Of a DNA stretch of 64,000 nucleotides, positions 8,567-18,058 are shown piece after piece; position 1 is the stretch's first letter, and each line of letters opens with the position of its first letter. Origin of the DNA: Bacteroidota bacterium. GTDB taxonomy: Bacteria > Bacteroidota > Bacteroidia > Palsa-965. The notes beneath the pieces were generated by a model, which did no database searches, was not told the origin of the DNA, and saw only the letters and a list, made by a program, of their open reading frames with translations. Location: assembly GCA_003153435.1 (NCBI GenBank), contig PLYR01000104.1, positions 2,796 to 66,795 of the forward strand, read 5' to 3'. The translations under genes were made by a program, and so were the position numbers.

Positions 8567-10300
8567 ATGATCAAAAAAATCCTTTTCCTGATCTGCTTCC
8601 TTCACAGCATCCTGATTCATGCTCAAACCATTTATTATGTGGATGGGGCAGGAGGAAGCAATAGCAATACCGGCACTTCTCTCCTCCAGGCCTGGAAAAC
8701 AATCCAGAAGGCCTGCGACGCTGCTACTCCGAATAGCATTGTGGAAATCAAGGCCGGGACTTATTATGAAAATCTGGTTTTGAATGTAAGTGGCACAGCC
8801 GGAAATCCGATTACCTTCCGGAACTATCAGAATGACTCTGTTTTTATTGATGGTACCGGCACCGCCGGCACCACCCTGATGAGCATTACTGATCAGAATT
8901 ATCTGACTTTCGATAACCTCGTTTTTCAGAACCTTACCGTTAATAATGCCCAGGGAATTCTGGCTCAGACCAGCACTTCCGGAACTTCCACAGGGCTCCG
9001 TTTTCACAACCTCATCATCAGGCATATCAATTGGACTGCGAATGCATCCGCTATTCCCAATTCGAACGACAATGCCCAGGCATTTATTGTTTATGGTCTG
9101 GCAAACGGAATGACCCATTTGACTGTTGACAGCTGCCAGGTATACAGTAATATTCTTGGATTCAGCGAGGCCGTTTCAATCGATGGGAATATAAATGGGT
9201 TTACGGTTTCGAACTGCCTGGTCCATGATAATACCAATATTGGAATCCTTGCCGCTGGAAACTATGGAACCAGTCCTAATCCTTCCACTGATCATGCCCG
9301 GCATGGATTAATAACCCGAAACACCTGCTTTAATAATGTATCTCTTTATGCCACATCTGCTGGAATTTATATAGATGGGGGATGGAGTGTGGTGGTGGAT
9401 GGAAACAAATCCTATGGAAATGGATCGGGGATAGAGCTGGGTTGTGAACAGAATGGCACCACCGATAGCATTACCGTGAAGAACAATATAATCTATAATA
9501 ATCAGTATACAGGACTCGCCATTGGTGGTTATACCACCGCCACTACCGGGCAGGTGACCAACAGCCTCGTTAGGAATAATACTTTCTTCCATAACACCTT
9601 ACCTGCCAATAATACCGGTGAGATTGAAATGTCTAAAGCTTCGAACTGTACGATTGAAAATAATGTGTTTTACACCGATCCCCAAAACATTCTCTTTACA
9701 GCCGACAGCATTGCCCCTCAGTTAAATAATACATTCGATTATAACTGCTGGTTCACTCCTGGAAATGATTCTACGAACATCACGGTGCAATGGCTTCAAA
9801 CAAACTATACAACGTTTGGTGCCTATAGGGCAGGCACAAGCTTAGAGGCACATTCTTTCTATGCTGATCCCCTCCTTTCGAATGCAGTGCTTCCTCAGCC
9901 AGACTTACATCTGGTAAATCTCAGCCCCTGCATCAACCGGAGCAATCCTGCAACCGTCATTAGTGCAGGAGAAACAGATTTCGATGGAAACCCCAGACTA
10001 AACGGAGCCCGGGTGGATATAGGCGCCTATGAGTATGATTTGATTTCGGGGATGAAGGAAGATTATGTTTCTCGGGCGAACCTGGAGCTTTATCCGAATC
10101 CGGCTTCCGCGGCGATTTTTCTGAGAACTGAATCATCTATCAGAAATATCCAGCTTATCAGTATGGAGGGGGTTGTGTTGAGAGAATGGAATCATGTACC
10201 TAACCTCATTTCACTGGATGGGCTTCCGTCGGGAATCTATATGGTTAGATTGATAACCAAGGAAGGAGAAATTATCTGCCGTGTGTTCACCAGGCAATAA
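8567..10300 (+). CDS. Right-handed parallel beta-helix (pectin-lyase-like) protein with T9SS C-terminal domain
   Basis: Signal peptide IHA|Q; DUF1565-like WKTIQKA; Asn-ladder repeats; DFDGNPR...VDIGAYE; LYPNPA...LPSGIYMV CTD. Confidence 0.88.
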   Translation: MIKKILFLICFLHSILIHAQTIYYVDGAGGSNSNTGTSLLQAWKTIQKACDAATPNSIVEIKAGTYYENLVLNVSGTAGNPITFRNYQNDSVFIDGTGTAGTTLMSITDQNYLTFDNLVFQNLTVNNAQGILAQTSTSGTSTGLRFHNLIIRHINWTANASAIPNSNDNAQAFIVYGLANGMTHLTVDSCQVYSNILGFSEAVSIDGNINGFTVSNCLVHDNTNIGILAAGNYGTSPNPSTDHARHGLITRNTCFNNVSLYATSAGIYIDGGWSVVVDGNKSYGNGSGIELGCEQNGTTDSITVKNNIIYNNQYTGLAIGGYTTATTGQVTNSLVRNNTFFHNTLPANNTGEIEMSKASNCTIENNVFYTDPQNILFTADSIAPQLNNTFDYNCWFTPGNDSTNITVQWLQTNYTTFGAYRAGTSLEAHSFYADPLLSNAVLPQPDLHLVNLSPCINRSNPATVISAGETDFDGNPRLNGARVDIGAYEYDLISGMKEDYVSRANLELYPNPASAAIFLRTESSIRNIQLISMEGVVLREWNHVPNLISLDGLPSGIYMVRLITKEGEIICRVFTRQ

Positions 10301-10313
10301 TGGATGAGCAGTC

Positions 10314-10886
10314 TCAAAACGCAGTCAGCTCGGCATAAAGTTCAAACATAGGAAGCCCCATCACATTGAAATAGGTTCCTTCGATTCTTTTTACACCCAC
10401 CAGTCCGATCCAGTCCTGCGCCCCATAAGCCCCTGCCTTGTCGAATGGCTTGCTGTGCAGGATGTAGTGCTCGATCTCGGCATCCGATAAGTCTTTGAAA
10501 TAAACCTTGGTTTCAGCGGTAAATACTCTTGTTTTTTCAGTACTCATCAGACATACTCCGGTAAAGACCTGATGCATATTGCCAGATAACATTCTGAGCA
10601 TCCTGACCGCATCGGCATGATCTTCTGGTTTGTTGAGTACTTCATTTCCGATCCATACCACTGTGTCTGCAGTGATAATAAGTTCTTCGGGTTTCAACTC
10701 GGGGCGGAAAGCCTCGGCTTTCTTCTTGCAGAGGTATTCCGGAATTTCTGCTCCTTTTAAATGCAGGGGGAAAGACTCATCGGTATCTTTTGTTCTCACT
10801 TCAAAATGCAATCCCAGCTCTTTCAAAAGATGCTGACGTCGGGGTGATTTGGAGGCCAGGATAATCCTGTGTTTAATGAGCTCCAT
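10314..10886 (-). CDS. maf: Maf family nucleotide pyrophosphatase
   Basis: IILASKSPRRQHLL, ITADTVV, DKAGAYGAQ, NVMGLP. Confidence 0.95.
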   Translation of the reverse strand: MELIKHRIILASKSPRRQHLLKELGLHFEVRTKDTDESFPLHLKGAEIPEYLCKKKAEAFRPELKPEELIITADTVVWIGNEVLNKPEDHADAVRMLRMLSGNMHQVFTGVCLMSTEKTRVFTAETKVYFKDLSDAEIEHYILHSKPFDKAGAYGAQDWIGLVGVKRIEGTYFNVMGLPMFELYAELTAF

Positions 10887-11919
10887 TCTTCAGGAGGTTG
10901 ATGGAGTCTTCTATGAGTTGCATCTGCTCTGCCCGGTACATAAAGAGGTAACAGATACCGGCCAGCATAATGATTTTGGTGAGTCCACCGGAAAAGGTAA
11001 AATGTTTTTTCTCTTTTGCAGTCAGGAGCCTTGCTACCAGTGCAAGAAAAGGGATCTGCAGGCCTATCGTAAAGTACCAGAATGATTTGTAATCGCCTGC
11101 ACCAAATTGCCTGATCTGAAGCATGGCCAGCAGGAACATCACAAATAAAGCAAGGAAAGCGACGAGCATTTTCGACTTGCCGGCTCCTAAAGTTATCGCC
11201 AGCGTCTCGCAACCATTCTCTTGATCTCCTTCCAGATCTTCAATATCCTTGATGATCTCCCGCATCAGGGTCACGATAAAAGCAAATGCGGAAAACACTC
11301 CTACCACTATAAACAAAGGAATAAACGTGGTTTTGGCCAGGGTCAGGCAATAGCCGTTGGCATGGGTCTGCAGTTTAAGTTCGAAGAGTGCCACGATGAG
11401 AGGGACCATGCCGGTAAGAAAGGCCACAGCCAGGTTTCCGGAGAGAAACATGCGCTTCAGATTGGTGGAGTAGAACCAGAGGATCACAATGGAGATACCG
11501 AAGATAAAGGTGCCCGGGTAAAAGAAATCATATTTCCAGGAAAGGCCAGAACCAATGATGAAAGCAATGATATTGATAACCACATGAGCCCCCATCGCTA
11601 CCCGGCGTTTGATCCCTTTATCAATCACCATCTGATCCGGTTTGTTAATCCGGTCAATTTTAACGTCAAAATAGTCGTTGATGATATAACCGGCCGCAGC
11701 AATGAGCACTGTACTGAGGGAGAGAAGAAAAAAGTCAAGGTCATTGACCAACAGCTGCAACCCTTCTGAAGGCAAGGCCATGCAGTATTGGTTCAGCAGG
11801 AGCTCCGTCCCTTTTAATCCGGGATAGAGAATGCAATACCTGACCATGTATTGGGTAAAAGCAATAATCAGGAGATTGGGGAGGCGGATAAGTTTCAGAA
11901 ATGCGATGAAGGATTTCAT
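10873..11919 (-). CDS. UbiA-family prenyltransferase (DGGGP-synthase-like)
   Basis: LIRLPNL, AAAGYIINDYFDVKIDRINKP, REIIKDIEDLEGD; multiple TM helices. Confidence 0.9.
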   Translation of the reverse strand: MKSFIAFLKLIRLPNLLIIAFTQYMVRYCILYPGLKGTELLLNQYCMALPSEGLQLLVNDLDFFLLSLSTVLIAAAGYIINDYFDVKIDRINKPDQMVIDKGIKRRVAMGAHVVINIIAFIIGSGLSWKYDFFYPGTFIFGISIVILWFYSTNLKRMFLSGNLAVAFLTGMVPLIVALFELKLQTHANGYCLTLAKTTFIPLFIVVGVFSAFAFIVTLMREIIKDIEDLEGDQENGCETLAITLGAGKSKMLVAFLALFVMFLLAMLQIRQFGAGDYKSFWYFTIGLQIPFLALVARLLTAKEKKHFTFSGGLTKIIMLAGICYLFMYRAEQMQLIEDSINLLKNGAH

Positions 11920-11926
11920 ATACCTG

Positions 11927-11934
11927 CAAATTTA
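11927..11934 (-). promoter_or_regulatory. -7 element (TAAATTTG) for ubiA-like gene and maf
   Basis: TAnnTTTG match 7 nt upstream of ATG 11919. Confidence 0.65.
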
Positions 11935-11958
11935 TACTGAAAAACGGTTTGTTGAACA

Positions 11959-12468
11959 TTAACTAAACTGAACCCATTTATCCTGGGCTTTTAGAACTTG
12001 CTCAATCACATCTCTGACGCAACCTTCCCCTCCTTTTTTAAGGGAAATATATTGGCACATGGCTTTGATTTCGGAAGCAGCATCAGCCGGACAAGTCCGG
12101 AGATCACATCGTTTCATGATTTCAAAGTCGGGTATGTCATCTCCCATAATCAGGATTTCAGAGAGTGGAATATTATGAGTCCGAAGAAATTTATCGAATG
12201 CTTCCCGCTTATCCCGGACGTTCATATATACATGCTGGATACCCAGAGCATTCAGCTTCTCCTGTAAGAGATCCGATTTTGCACCGGTGATCACTGCAAT
12301 CTGAAAACCTTTTTCTATTGCCAACTGGATCGCAAAAGCATCACGGACATTAAACTGTCTCAGCATCTCTCCGCCGGGCAGCAGGGTGACAGATCCATTC
12401 GTAAAGACCCCATCGATATCGAAAACGAAGAATCGAATTCCTCCGAGCATCTCTTTGTAATTCTTCAT
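11959..12468 (-). CDS. kdsC: KdsC-family HAD phosphatase (KDO 8-phosphate phosphatase)
   Basis: FDIDGVFTNG, FNVRDAFAI, AVITG, MGDDIPD, GGEGCVRDVIE. Confidence 0.88.
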   Translation of the reverse strand: MKNYKEMLGGIRFFVFDIDGVFTNGSVTLLPGGEMLRQFNVRDAFAIQLAIEKGFQIAVITGAKSDLLQEKLNALGIQHVYMNVRDKREAFDKFLRTHNIPLSEILIMGDDIPDFEIMKRCDLRTCPADAASEIKAMCQYISLKKGGEGCVRDVIEQVLKAQDKWVQFS

Positions 12469-13250
12469 TTTTCCCGGATGCTTTTACTGATGGATAGATA
12501 GAGTTGCCGGAAATTTTTATCATCCGACAGCATTTTAAGATGTTTCTTGAGGGTCTTGGTGTCCTTTCTGGAAGCAGGACCGGTCTGCGCAGCCACAGGG
12601 CCTATATCTAATGATTTGAGCGCGGTTTCAAGGATTAAGGGGTGGAGCAGGGTGAAAGGAATCTTTTTCTTCTTCAGTAGCTTTTCAGCAATGACATACA
12701 TCTGATTGCTGAAGTTGCTTGCAAAGACTGCCGCCAGATGGAGGAGCCTTCTTTCTTCTGTATTGATCCAGACCACTTCGTTGCTCACTTTTCTGGCTAT
12801 CTTTTCGAGCAAACTTTTTCCGGCTTTGGTATTGGCTTCCAGACAAAGGGGAGTTTTTCTCCAGGTTATTGGTCTTTTGACAGAAAGTGTTTGCAGTGGC
12901 CACAATACACCGATGTTTTCAGAAGCCGGTTTCAGAGCGTCTATACCCACCGATCCGGAGGTATGTACTACCAGACGGTCTTTCAGCTTCAGTTTGGAAG
13001 CGAGCATAGCGATGGCATCATCCTTTACAGCAATGATGTACAAGTCGGCATTTTTCTCGATTTTGTTTATCGCCGACACCGGCCTTGCTTTGAGCTGAGA
13101 GGCCAGGGCTTTCGCATTTTTGGAGTGGGGGCTATAAACCTGGGCAATATGAAGTCCGTTCTGACGAAGTGCAAGTCCAAGCTGGGTTGCCACATTCCCG
13201 GAACCGAGCAGGATGATTCTGAAATAAGTAACACTGCTCTTCTTCTGCAT
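12465..13250 (-). CDS. Rossmann-like + DUF2520 domain oxidoreductase
   Basis: LGSGNVA, AVKDDAI, HTSGS, LHLAAVFASNF, AQTGPASRKD. Confidence 0.9.
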   Translation of the reverse strand: MQKKSSVTYFRIILLGSGNVATQLGLALRQNGLHIAQVYSPHSKNAKALASQLKARPVSAINKIEKNADLYIIAVKDDAIAMLASKLKLKDRLVVHTSGSVGIDALKPASENIGVLWPLQTLSVKRPITWRKTPLCLEANTKAGKSLLEKIARKVSNEVVWINTEERRLLHLAAVFASNFSNQMYVIAEKLLKKKKIPFTLLHPLILETALKSLDIGPVAAQTGPASRKDTKTLKKHLKMLSDDKNFRQLYLSISKSIREK

Positions 13251-13260
13251 GTGTCTTTAT

Positions 13261-15921
13261 TTATTTTTTGCGTAACCGCTCCCTCAGGGCCAGCACTGTT
13301 CCTGTAATCATAACCAGGCAACCGATCCAGAGTACATTGATCCAGGGAAACAACAGTGCTTCCATGACAATGAAATCCTTTTTGTTTGATTTATGCTCCG
13401 ATACATAAACAGAAATCTTCTTACTCGCCGGATCAACTTTTACAAAATTAAGCCGGAGGCCAAGATCGTTGAGCGTATCCTCTATAGGTTTACTTTGGTT
13501 ATTACGGATGGTAAAGACAGGTTGAGCCAAATGATGTCTTCCATGATCATCGATTGCCGAAAAATTAGCCTGAACGGCCAGGATGGAATCAGATAAATGA
13601 TACTTCTTCCGGTCAAAATGGGTCGTCAGAGAATCGAGCACCAGGAAGCTGTTGCTTGTGAAAATAGTATCCTGTTTCCCCACCGTCTTTTCAACAGGAG
13701 TAGAGTATTCGTCAGCCCCGGTTCCGATGGAGGGATCGAGGTCGGCTGTGGCCAGATGGGTGTAGATATCACGAAAGAGGAAATGCTTTGTTGAAGGTTC
13801 AAACACATTCCCCATTCTGTCATTCCGTTGAACGAGCGGGCTGAGTGTAAAGGCATGTTCATAATGCCCGTCTTTAAGTTTTTTCAAATATTCCACATCG
13901 AAATACAGATAGAGCTTGTTCTCTCCAACTCCATTGTGTCGTCCCAGATAAGTCACAAAATAATCCCCCATCGGCAATGTATCGCCTTTAGTCAGCAGGA
14001 TGTTTGTAGCGTTTGAAAGGTCTTTGTCAAGCGTTCTTAAGTCTCCTCTGATATTCTGCGAAATAACTTCCTTTTTGGAATTAGAGAGCAAAGCCCCGAT
14101 GAGGATCAGTCCAAACCCGATATGAGCTATGGAAGAACCTGATTTGGAAACTTTTCCTTTTCCAACTTTTCGCCAGTATTCAATATTGGAGCAGACCGCA
14201 AAGAGGGAGCAGAAAAGAAGAATCTCGTTAAGAACATATTGCAGGGAGTTGTTATTCGGAAGGCCGTATCCAATAATGCCGGTAAGCAGTCCTGATACAA
14301 GAAGTGGTATAATCAGATTTCGTGCGAAAGCCTTAAAAGGAGTGTTCTTGTATTTCAGGAACTGACCGAAACCAACGAAGAAGGCAACGACCAGTGCAAA
14401 AAGAGCTTGCCATTTGTTATAGAATGCGATCGCATTTTTTTCTGTAGCCAGCTTACCAGAGGCAAAGTTGGCTAAACCTTTAAAGTTAAACCATTGCACC
14501 ATTTTATTGTGGATGCCCTGAATAATGGAATGGATGAAATCCACCTGTATGATTTTGTTCAGAACAGGGAATGAGGTGTATAGTATAATCTGAAAAGATG
14601 CGATGGTCAGAACCAGGGAACCGATAAACATCCAGAATTCCCGGCTCCAGAGATCTTCTTCTTTTTCTTCTTTTGGAAAGTGATTCTGATACCCCAGGAT
14701 GAGCACCAGCAGCGACAAGACCGAAAAGGTAAATACAAATGCAGTTTTAATGCCTGTCAGGATTCCCAGCAGGAGCAAGGAGAAAGAGAGCAGGGTATAA
14801 ACTATTTTGAGCCTCTTGTTCATTGCGAGGAGGGTAACACTCATCCAGACAAAGAAGAGCATATAGAGCAGCAGTTGGCCCGACATGCCCAGGTCTGTAA
14901 ATGCATGCACAGAAGTATTTCCAAGTATTCCACTTCTGGTCAGGAAAGTAGAATAGAGTACCAGCAGAAAGGTAATGATGGTCAGAAAAAAAGTGGTGAA
15001 AAGGGAGATTTTGCGGTTTTTGTTGACCAGCATCACGTGTCCTGCTCCTACAAAACAAAGCCATGGAACCAGAGAAGCATTTTCAACCGGATCCCATGCC
15101 CAGAATCCTCCAAAGGTAAGTGCCTCGTATGCCCAGGCTCCGCCCATCAGAATTCCGGTGCCCAGGATCATAATCCCGAAAAAGGTCCAGGGCAGGGCAG
15201 GGCTCTGCCACTCATTTAGTTTCTTTTTCCATAAGCCAGCTATAGCATATGCAAAGGGAACAAGGGTGGAAGCGAAACCGAGAAACAGGGTGGGAGGGTG
15301 AATGGTCATCCAGTAATTCTGGAGTAAGGGATTCAGTCCACGTCCGTCCTGGAAGTATGGGATCTTAGTCAGGTAGTCGGCCAGCTTGGTCCACGGCAGT
15401 CCAAGGTTCTCCGGTAGCTGTCTGACCAGCAGAAAAGGATTGCTTCCAATATGCAGACTGCCTACATATATTCCAAGGAGCATGGAAGCAAGAAAGATCT
15501 GTACAAAGGAGAATACGGTCATCACCGGTGCTTCCCATTCTTTTGAATATCGGATCAGTATATTTCCAAGTACTACGTGCCAGAATGTCCAGAGGAGGAA
15601 GCTGCCTTCCTGTCCTTCCCAGAAGCAGGAGAAAATATATTTCATGGGCATCTCCAGATTGCTGTGCTCCCATATATACTGATATTCAAAATAATGATTG
15701 TAAAGCATGACAAACAGAGTTGCCATGATCCCTAGTACGGCCAGAGAATGAACACGGAAGGCAGTTCTCCCTAACCGTTTCCAGGAATTATCTTCAAGTG
15801 GTTTGTTTGCGGTAATAAAATAGGACACGGCCGAAAGGATGGCCCCGGTAAAAGAAAGGATGATGAAGAAGTTGCCAATTAAGCCTGCCCAGCTATGTTC
15901 CCCGCTATAGTGTATTTCCAT
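13261..15921 (-). CDS. ccmF: Cytochrome c heme lyase CcmF/CcsA-type
   Basis: WEGQEGSFLLW, GLNPLLQNYWMTIHPP, WWD motif WAYEALTFGGFWAWDPVENAS, TRSG...SVHAF. Confidence 0.93.
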   Translation of the reverse strand: MEIHYSGEHSWAGLIGNFFIILSFTGAILSAVSYFITANKPLEDNSWKRLGRTAFRVHSLAVLGIMATLFVMLYNHYFEYQYIWEHSNLEMPMKYIFSCFWEGQEGSFLLWTFWHVVLGNILIRYSKEWEAPVMTVFSFVQIFLASMLLGIYVGSLHIGSNPFLLVRQLPENLGLPWTKLADYLTKIPYFQDGRGLNPLLQNYWMTIHPPTLFLGFASTLVPFAYAIAGLWKKKLNEWQSPALPWTFFGIMILGTGILMGGAWAYEALTFGGFWAWDPVENASLVPWLCFVGAGHVMLVNKNRKISLFTTFFLTIITFLLVLYSTFLTRSGILGNTSVHAFTDLGMSGQLLLYMLFFVWMSVTLLAMNKRLKIVYTLLSFSLLLLGILTGIKTAFVFTFSVLSLLVLILGYQNHFPKEEKEEDLWSREFWMFIGSLVLTIASFQIILYTSFPVLNKIIQVDFIHSIIQGIHNKMVQWFNFKGLANFASGKLATEKNAIAFYNKWQALFALVVAFFVGFGQFLKYKNTPFKAFARNLIIPLLVSGLLTGIIGYGLPNNNSLQYVLNEILLFCSLFAVCSNIEYWRKVGKGKVSKSGSSIAHIGFGLILIGALLSNSKKEVISQNIRGDLRTLDKDLSNATNILLTKGDTLPMGDYFVTYLGRHNGVGENKLYLYFDVEYLKKLKDGHYEHAFTLSPLVQRNDRMGNVFEPSTKHFLFRDIYTHLATADLDPSIGTGADEYSTPVEKTVGKQDTIFTSNSFLVLDSLTTHFDRKKYHLSDSILAVQANFSAIDDHGRHHLAQPVFTIRNNQSKPIEDTLNDLGLRLNFVKVDPASKKISVYVSEHKSNKKDFIVMEALLFPWINVLWIGCLVMITGTVLALRERLRKK

Positions 15922-15963
15922 AATATTATTTTGAGGCTTGCTTCAGGCAGGTGCTCGGCGAAG

Positions 15964-16347
15964 TTACTGAACTGGTTTATTGTTGTTATACTTTGAAGGG
16001 CATTTGACAAGAGTTTCAGAGGCAGAGAAATCTGCGCCCTTCATTTTCCCGATCACTACCACTTGTTCTGATTTTTCGAAATCCTGGGGCTTGCTGTTAT
16101 GCAGGCAAACTTTACGTTCTGTTCCTTCCTGATCAGTCATAAAAAAAACAAAGAGGTTAGGGTCTTTTTGTGGATCGTAGATTGTTCCTTTTTCTTTATC
16201 CCACTTTCCAACAATGTGAAAATCAGATTCGGGGCTCTTGGCTGATTCGGAAAAGGTTGCATACTTGCTGGTGCTTACCAGAGAAGACATAATCATCCCG
16301 ATGGCCAATGCGATGAGAATGATGCCTATGATATGGGATCTTTTCAT
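15964..16347 (-). CDS. ccmE: Heme chaperone CcmE, CxxxY variant
   Basis: N-terminal TM anchor, KPQDF...VVVIG, C-terminal KCPSKY; operon position. Confidence 0.9.
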   Translation of the reverse strand: MKRSHIIGIILIALAIGMIMSSLVSTSKYATFSESAKSPESDFHIVGKWDKEKGTIYDPQKDPNLFVFFMTDQEGTERKVCLHNSKPQDFEKSEQVVVIGKMKGADFSASETLVKCPSKYNNNKPVQ

Positions 16348-16358
16348 GAATTAAATGC

Positions 16359-16589
16359 TTAGGGTGTTTGTTTTTTTTGAGACGCCATTTCTTTCTCCAG
16401 CCTGGAAATTTTCCGGTCGATGGTTACGAGGTAAACAATTAACCCGCATAGGACAATGGCGGCCACGCAAACCACTACATATATTTTGCCAGAGGATCGG
16501 AGGGTGTCTGCCATTTCAGGACGTGCGTCCTGAGCAGACATGCTGATAACCGTCAAGACGAAGAAAAGGAAAGTTAATATTCTTTTCAT
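16359..16589 (-). CDS. CcmD-family small membrane protein
   Basis: MADTLRSSGKIYVVV-TM-DRKISRLEKE; lies between ccmC and ccmE. Confidence 0.8.
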   Translation of the reverse strand: MKRILTFLFFVLTVISMSAQDARPEMADTLRSSGKIYVVVCVAAIVLCGLIVYLVTIDRKISRLEKEMASQKKQTP

Positions 16590-17278
16590 AGGGTAGGATG
16601 ATCAGTAAAAGTGGGTTCGTGTAATTGGTTTTCAAGTGTGGCAATGCGGACCCGGATGGTCATAATCCAGACACCGAGGAGTATCCAACCAAGAACAGCA
16701 GGGTAAAATACCATTCGCATTTTACTGTCCAGGTCGTATTTGCTAAATCCAGGATTTCCTCCGTTGCCAGGGTGGAGAGAGTCTTCCATTCTTGGAAGAA
16801 TCATAATGAATACCATCATCATGACAAAGGCAAAAATGCTGTAGACCGCCGAGAGTCTGGCTCTCTTTTGCTCATCTTCTACGGAGCCCCGGAGGACGAA
16901 ATATGCGAAATAGATTAGCATGGTAATCGCTGCACCGTTCAATTTGGTGTCTGAGGTCCACCAGGTACCCCAGGTATATCTTGCCCAGAGAGAACCCGTG
17001 ATAAGACCCAGGATTCCCATCGCTACACCGGCATGAGCTGATTCTCTTGCGATAAGATCATCCCTCATCCTACCATTTCGGAGGTGTCGGATCCCATAAA
17101 TAACTGAAATGAAGAGAAGAGTCATCATCCCGAACCACATAGGAACATGGAAGTAAAGATTTCGGATGGTTTCGTTCAGAATTTCCCGGGCTGGAACTTC
17201 TCCTATAAAGCCTTCAATTACTGTATATAACAGGCAAACAGAGGCCAGGATTTTCCACCAATTTTTTTTGATATTCAT
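16586..17278 (-). CDS. ccmC: Heme exporter protein C
   Basis: NLYFHVP, WWD motif GSLWARYTWGTWWTSD, SLHP. Confidence 0.92.
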   Translation of the reverse strand: MNIKKNWWKILASVCLLYTVIEGFIGEVPAREILNETIRNLYFHVPMWFGMMTLLFISVIYGIRHLRNGRMRDDLIARESAHAGVAMGILGLITGSLWARYTWGTWWTSDTKLNGAAITMLIYFAYFVLRGSVEDEQKRARLSAVYSIFAFVMMMVFIMILPRMEDSLHPGNGGNPGFSKYDLDSKMRMVFYPAVLGWILLGVWIMTIRVRIATLENQLHEPTFTDHPTL

Positions 17279-17285
17279 GCTAGCA

Positions 17286-17945
17286 TTAATCCTTCCAAAG
17301 GTACGGAAATAAGAGATAACTGAGAACCCCGGTAATCACATTTATAGAGGCCAGAATGAGTAGGTATTTGTAACTTATAGCAGGATCAAGACCATCCAAT
17401 GCATTTTTTGATATTTTGAGAACAGTCATTAGCAAAGGCAGCAAAATCGGAAAGCTCAATACGGCCATAAGGGTAAAGCTGTTACTGGTTCGGGAAGCGA
17501 TAGCCGACATAGTAGTGAGTACGCACGAAAATCCCATACTCCCCAGTACCACATCCGCAAGGAATAAGGGCATATTCTGAATCGGGTTTCCTCCAAGAAG
17601 AATAACATATACCACAAAACCGATGATTGATAATAGCAACATCAGAAGCATGTTATACAACACTTTAGCAATAATGATGGCTTGAGGACTTGCAAGGGTA
17701 TACATATATACAAATCTGGCCCTGGAGTCCTGGATAAAGCTTTTTCCGGCAGCATTCACAGAGGCAAAGAGCATGATGATCCAGAAGAGTGCATTCCAGG
17801 CTGCCGGCTGAGGAAGCGACCGGAAACTCATTTTGCAGACAAAGATGGTTGAAACCAGGTAAAGAATGATTCCGTTAAGGCTTTGCTTTTGCCGGCTTTC
17901 CAGCATGAATTCCTTGTAAAGCAATAGCCTTATTTCTTTAAGCAT
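17286..17945 (-). CDS. ccmB: Heme exporter protein B
   Basis: KEFMLESRQK, WNALFWI, LMAVLSFPILLP, FPYLWKD; start placed at ATG 17945, downstream of TATCTTTG at 17987-17994. Confidence 0.88.
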   Translation of the reverse strand: MLKEIRLLLYKEFMLESRQKQSLNGIILYLVSTIFVCKMSFRSLPQPAAWNALFWIIMLFASVNAAGKSFIQDSRARFVYMYTLASPQAIIIAKVLYNMLLMLLLSIIGFVVYVILLGGNPIQNMPLFLADVVLGSMGFSCVLTTMSAIASRTSNSFTLMAVLSFPILLPLLMTVLKISKNALDGLDPAISYKYLLILASINVITGVLSYLLFPYLWKD

Positions 17946-17972
17946 AATCCTGGTTGATAAGCCCCCCAATGG

Positions 17973-18033
17973 GGAGGGGACAGATACAAAGATAAGGTTT
18001 TCTTCTTCCCGGATCTTTGGCATCTGTCCCTCC
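17973..18033. other. Imperfect ~20-bp-arm inverted repeat between ssb and ccmB
   Basis: GGAGGGGACAGATACAAAGAT ... ATCTTTGGCATCTGTCCCTCC; left arm overlaps the ccmB -7 element. Confidence 0.6.
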
Positions 18034-18058
18034 TTAGGGTTAAGGACCAGCTTTGAGA

